A stretch of 64,000 nt of DNA from Chrysemys picta bellii. Lineage: Eukaryota. Both the position numbers and the translations under genes were made by a program. The notes under the pieces are model-generated. The model worked only from the letters and a program-made list of their open reading frames with translations, searched no databases and had not been told where the DNA came from. Location of the stretch: NCBI RefSeq assembly GCF_011386835.1, contig NC_088792.1:229896001-229960000 (forward strand), written 5' to 3'. Positions 60,185 through 64,000 of this stretch are shown piece by piece (the stretch's first letter is position 1; each line of letters opens with the position of its first letter).

Positions 60185-60375
60185 GATTGAACGGTAATGG
60201 AACAATTTACTGACAGTTATGGAGGAATCGGTGTCACTGGCAATTTTAAAATTCAGATTGGCTGTTTTTCTAAAAGCCATGCTCTAGAAATTATTTTCAG
60301 GAAGTTCCACGGTCTGTGCTCTGCAGGAGGTTAGACTAGAAGATCACAATGTTCCCTTTTGGCCCTAATGCATGA
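60185..60375 (+). mobile_element. CR1 3' end fragment
   Basis: Matches 9770-9960 (ATGCTCTAGAAATTATTT...GGAGGTTAGACTAGAAGATCACAATG). Confidence 0.65.
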
Positions 60376-60415
60376 AAATAGGTCACCATTGTAATTTGTC
60401 CAAAGTTGTTACTTC

Positions 60416-60649
60416 GGGCTTCTCTACATGGGGAAATGGATTGGAATAACTATTGCAGAATACTTCAATGTGTGTACACATTATTGAGGAATAAAAGTGT
60501 GTTCTTTCAGGAATAATTATTTCACTATAAACTCTCTATTCCAACATTAAAAATCACTTTATTCTGGAATAATTTGAGTGTCCACATGGGGAGCTATTCG
60601 AGAATACCACAATAGCTATTCTGGTCTGTTTCCCCATGTACACAAGCCC
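60416..60649. mobile_element. PIF/Harbinger-type MITE
   Basis: 20-bp TIR GGGCTTCTCTACATGGGGAA / TTCCCCATGTACACAAGCCC; TTC and TTA flanks. Confidence 0.7.
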
Positions 60650-61190
60650 TTACACAACATTTCTATCATTTGCTGGGTTGTGTACAATAAATTAGTGATC
60701 TCAGTCCACTTCCTAGTAGACCCGCATCTGCTTCATAAAAACCAACATGACAACTGGCACTTTTGTTGGCCATCTCAACAAAAGGGGCCAAGGATTAATG
60801 GGGCATGGAGACTGGCATCACGTGTGGAGATACTCCCCACAAGCTAGGGTTGGAGGCACAATACTTGCAAGGAAGGGTGGGGAAACTTGTACTGCCAACT
60901 GCCTGCGTTGTTCCTTTTTCACAGATAAGTGACTTTGGTCTCCAACACTATCAATCTGGCACCTTTCCTGGGTACTAAATTCACTAAAAAAAATCAGCTG
61001 CCCCTTTTTAAAAAAGTATCTTGGCAATTTTTGTTCTGTAAGTCAGCATATCACAGAAGCAGTGTTGCCAACTCATGATTTTGTCATGAGTCTCATGATA
61101 ATTATTTCACAGTGGTAGCCGTGTTAGTCAGTATCAGCAAAAACAACTAGGAGTCCTCGTGGCACCTTAGAGACTAACAAATTTATTTGG

Positions 61191-61230
61191 GCATTAGCTT
61201 TCGTGGGCTAAAACCCACTTCATCAGATGC
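61191..61230 (-). ncRNA. Minimal type I hammerhead ribozyme motif (sense to ARMC1 pre-mRNA)
   Basis: GCAT-CTGATGA-A-GTGGG(ttttag)CCCAC-GAAA-GC-TA|ATGC; perfect stem I GCAU/AUGC, NUH triplet CUA. Confidence 0.6.
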
Positions 61231-61826
61231 ATGGAGTGAAAAATACAGCAAGCAGAATATATACTATAGCACATGAAAAGACTGGAGTTGCCTTACCAAG
61301 TGGGGAGTTAGTGCTAACAAGCCAATTCAATTAAGGTGGAAGTGGTCTATTCTCAACAGTTGACTACAAGGGGTGAATACCAAGGGAGGGAAAATTACTT
61401 TTGTAGTGCTAACGAGGCCAATGCAATCAAGGTGGCCCATTTCCAACAGTTATCAACAAGGTGTGAGTATCAGCAGAGGGAAAATTAACTTTTTGTAGTG
61501 ACCTATCCACTCCGAGTCTTTATTCAGGCCTAATTTGATGGTGGCCAGTTTGCAAATTAATTCCATTTTTGCAGTTTCTCATTGGAGTCTGTTTTTGAAA
61601 TTTTGTTGTTGAAGAATTGCCACTTTTAAGTCTGTTATTGATTGTCCAGGGAGACTGAAGTGTTCTCCTACTGGTTTTTGAATGTTAAAATTCTTGATGT
61701 CCGATTTGTGTCCATTTATTCTTTTGCGTAGAGACTGTCTGGTTTGGCCAATGTATATGGCAGAAGGGGATTGCTGGCACATATATATTATATATTTTTT
61801 TCTGCTTACTGTATTTTTCACTCCAT

Positions 61827-61866
61827 GCATCTGATGAAGTGGATTTTAGCCCACGAAAGCTTATGT
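61827..61866 (+). ncRNA. Minimal type I hammerhead ribozyme motif
   Basis: GCAT-CTGATGA-A-GTGG(attttagc)CCAC-GAAA-GC-TT|ATGT. Confidence 0.6.
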
Positions 61867-62879
61867 CCAAATAAATTTGTTAGTCTCTAAGGTGCCACAA
61901 GGACTCCTTGTTGTTTTTTATTATAATCATTGTTTTTCTTAAAGCCCCAGCTCCTGGAGTCAAGTGGATATGTGATGTTTTCAGCCTTCATTCTTAAAGA
62001 AAAAATAAGTTTCTAGCCCTTGTGGTTGTGAAGAAAGCTTCAAAATGTGACCCTATTTCACCCTAAAGGCTCAAAAAGCTGAAGGCAAATAAAAAGAACA
62101 CCAAATCTATTATCTTTACATAATCTCATGATTTTCGGTGAGCCTGACTCCTGATTTTTTGTGTTGGCAATACTGCCGAAGAACCTGCCTCAGCATTTTG
62201 TCTTGTAAATTGAACAGCTACCAAGGAAAGACACTGTACTTCTATAATGTATTTGACATTGGCTGACTGCAAGGTTTAATTAGTGTTAAAGACACTCTGT
62301 GTTCCTGTCATTAAACCTTCCTCTCTGCCAATCTACATGAGTCTCCCCTTCTCTTCCACATTCCAATGTTGAGTGCACAACCTTCCTTCTCCCCACAGAG
62401 ACAGACAGAACGGATGCAGGTTTTAGAGATGCAAATAAGTCTTTTCCCTGGAATGCCTTTTAAAGTGAATCTTGACACATTAAATTCAGCATATTAGCAA
62501 GATGTTTCTTATATGATCAGCAATTAAAAGAGTTATTTAAATTGTTCGGTATCAGCTTTTACATTAAAGAGATGAATGGATTGTTCATATACATCAAAAC
62601 TATTTCTTCAGTCTGTCCCTGAAGATTAGGGAAAACAGTATAGCATTGATTATATGTAGAAAGAAAACTTCACAGATAGAAGGGGTAGACACTTGTTGTG
62701 ATGTAAAATGAAAGATTAAATGCTGAAGAACACACTGAAAATTCCAAATTATATGGAGATCCCCTAAATTAATGCTACTGGTTGGCCCTTGTCAGTCGAG
62801 TTTCTAAAACAGCAGATTGAAATCATCCACAAGTTTATTTCTATTATACCAGTTCAGATTTAGTACTCTCTCGCAATAA

Positions 62880-63330
62880 ATTTAAAATCTCACTTTTCGA
62901 TTTTGAGATTATATTTAACCACTTCACAAAATTCCTTGATTGTGACCAAGGATTATGTTTAAGCTGCTAGTCCATTTTGCAATTCTATAGTCCTCTTTAC
63001 ATTTAAATATGAAGGCACAGAGCTCAAACTAAACAATATGAACCTTTCTCTGCCAATAAGTGAATACAAGAATAATGTCCACTTTCTTCAGCAACCATCA
63101 CAGAAAAAGTCTTTATTCATTTAGCATCATACAGCTTGATAAAATGGTTGAGCAACAGCTGTTTTGACCATAGGCATGGGATCGTCACAAACTGTTCCAT
63201 TTTCAGATTTTGCCCAGTGATCACCTCTCAGTTTCAAATCTTGCAAATTTTTCATTTATTTTGAGATGCATAATTCAAGATATGGACAATAATGAAGGCA
63301 ACTCAGATCTGTTATAATAATCCTTGCAAA
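62880..63330 (-). mobile_element. Highly decayed L1/Tx1-clade LINE ORF2 remnant
   Basis: Minus strand YASQNK*KICKI...ENGTVCDDP...HFIKLYD, then a PG.D...EF-like block, in the order of the L1 EN-RT linker. Confidence 0.45.
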
Positions 63331-64000
63331 TACAAATAAACCTATTTTAATCTTTATGAAGATATTAAATGAAGATCTAAAATTTCAACCGTCTACCATT
63401 TTAATGTGATTGCTCTTGCAGTCTACCTTTTATGCATCCATCCTTCTCTTTTTCAAATCCCTCCCCAAAAACCACACTCCTCCCATGAAACCTACTAGAG
63501 TTGGCTATCAAACCCTGAACTGTTAGGATTAACATAACACCTGTTGCACTAACAGGAATCTTCACTGCTTGGCTATTCAGTGCTTTACATATATAATTTT
63601 AGTCCTGTCATGTGTCTGCTTGAATTGTAAATGTGCTAAGGCAGAGAGTGTGATTTTTTGTATGTTCTGCAGGAGCACTGAATGCAGAGACATAGCACAC
63701 TGACAAGAAATATTACACAAACACTCCCTATGTCTCCAATGAGAGATACTGAACAAACTGATGTCACATATATTGCATGATATTTCACTGGGCTTTGATC
63801 ACAGAGAACATGTGATTTTGCAACTGAACTTTAGCTTTGCAAAACTGTTATTATTTACCAGCCCAGCTATAAAATGTACTCTACAATGCTGACAAAAACA
63901 AAAGTATTTGATTCACTCTTCAAAACAGTTGTTCAATTCAGGTCTTATGAGGTTACTCTGCTTATGGTCAGAGACTAGTAATAGCAGCATCCTGGGACTA

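Larger units (their letters stand above)
61105..61918 (-). mobile_element. Penelope-like element: GIY-YIG endonuclease fragment between inverted terminal repeats
   Basis: ORF 61579-61830 IYMCQQSPSAIYIGQTRQSLRKRINGHKSDI...PVGEHFSLPG...DLKVAIL; inverted arms at ~61138-61268 and ~61790-61918. Confidence 0.92.
61060..62175. mobile_element. hAT-like MITE split by a Penelope insertion
   Basis: TIR CAGTGTTGCCAAC / GTTGGCAATACTG; interior resumes after 61918; TSD unconvincing. Confidence 0.7.

Noticed and set aside
63181-63198. GTVCDD motif resembling an SRCR domain
   Set aside because: No following Trp/Cys pattern or splice sites; flanking residues fit the L1/Tx1 EN-RT linker better.
1-64000. Endogenous non-retroviral virus, tRNA/rRNA genes, CRISPR or other prokaryotic systems
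   Set aside because: No hepadnaviral, circoviral, parvoviral or bornaviral signature motifs were recognised by eye; tRNA-like and 5S-like sequences are SINE heads. A translated search would be needed to exclude very decayed viral fragments.

Overview
Vertebrate genomic DNA, almost certainly turtle: it carries tortoise Pol III/SINE copies with a tRNA-Lys head and CR1 tail, turtle-type CR1, Penelope, DIRS, hAT/Tigger/Harbinger MITEs and MIR. There are no prokaryotic features and no CRISPR array. The only recognisable host gene is the 3' half of ARMC1 on the minus strand: four coding exons (44889-45078, 40213-40329, 40034-40108, 39276-39467; human exons 4-7 by analogy), all GT-AG with a continuous frame, plus a ~2 kb 3' UTR. 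The upstream ARMC1 exons were not found, so the preceding intron probably runs past 64000. Positions 1-37000 look like exon-free, transposon-rich intergenic DNA. Best leads: (1) minimal type I hammerhead ribozyme motifs in two Penelope families, and three tiny Penelope-derived insertions whose breakpoints fall in that ribozyme; (2) a GC-rich internal module shared between a hAT MITE and a Tigger MITE; (3) four co-oriented DIRS retrotransposon relics, one near-complete with ITR/ICR, methyltransferase-like and recombinase domains just downstream of the ARMC1 poly(A) region; (4) a Gmr1-type Gypsy relic; (5) an AmnSINE1 copy. I found no clear evidence of a wholly new biological system. Repeat family names and the human ARMC1 comparison come from memory, not a database search, and repeat boundaries are approximate unless a TSD is quoted.
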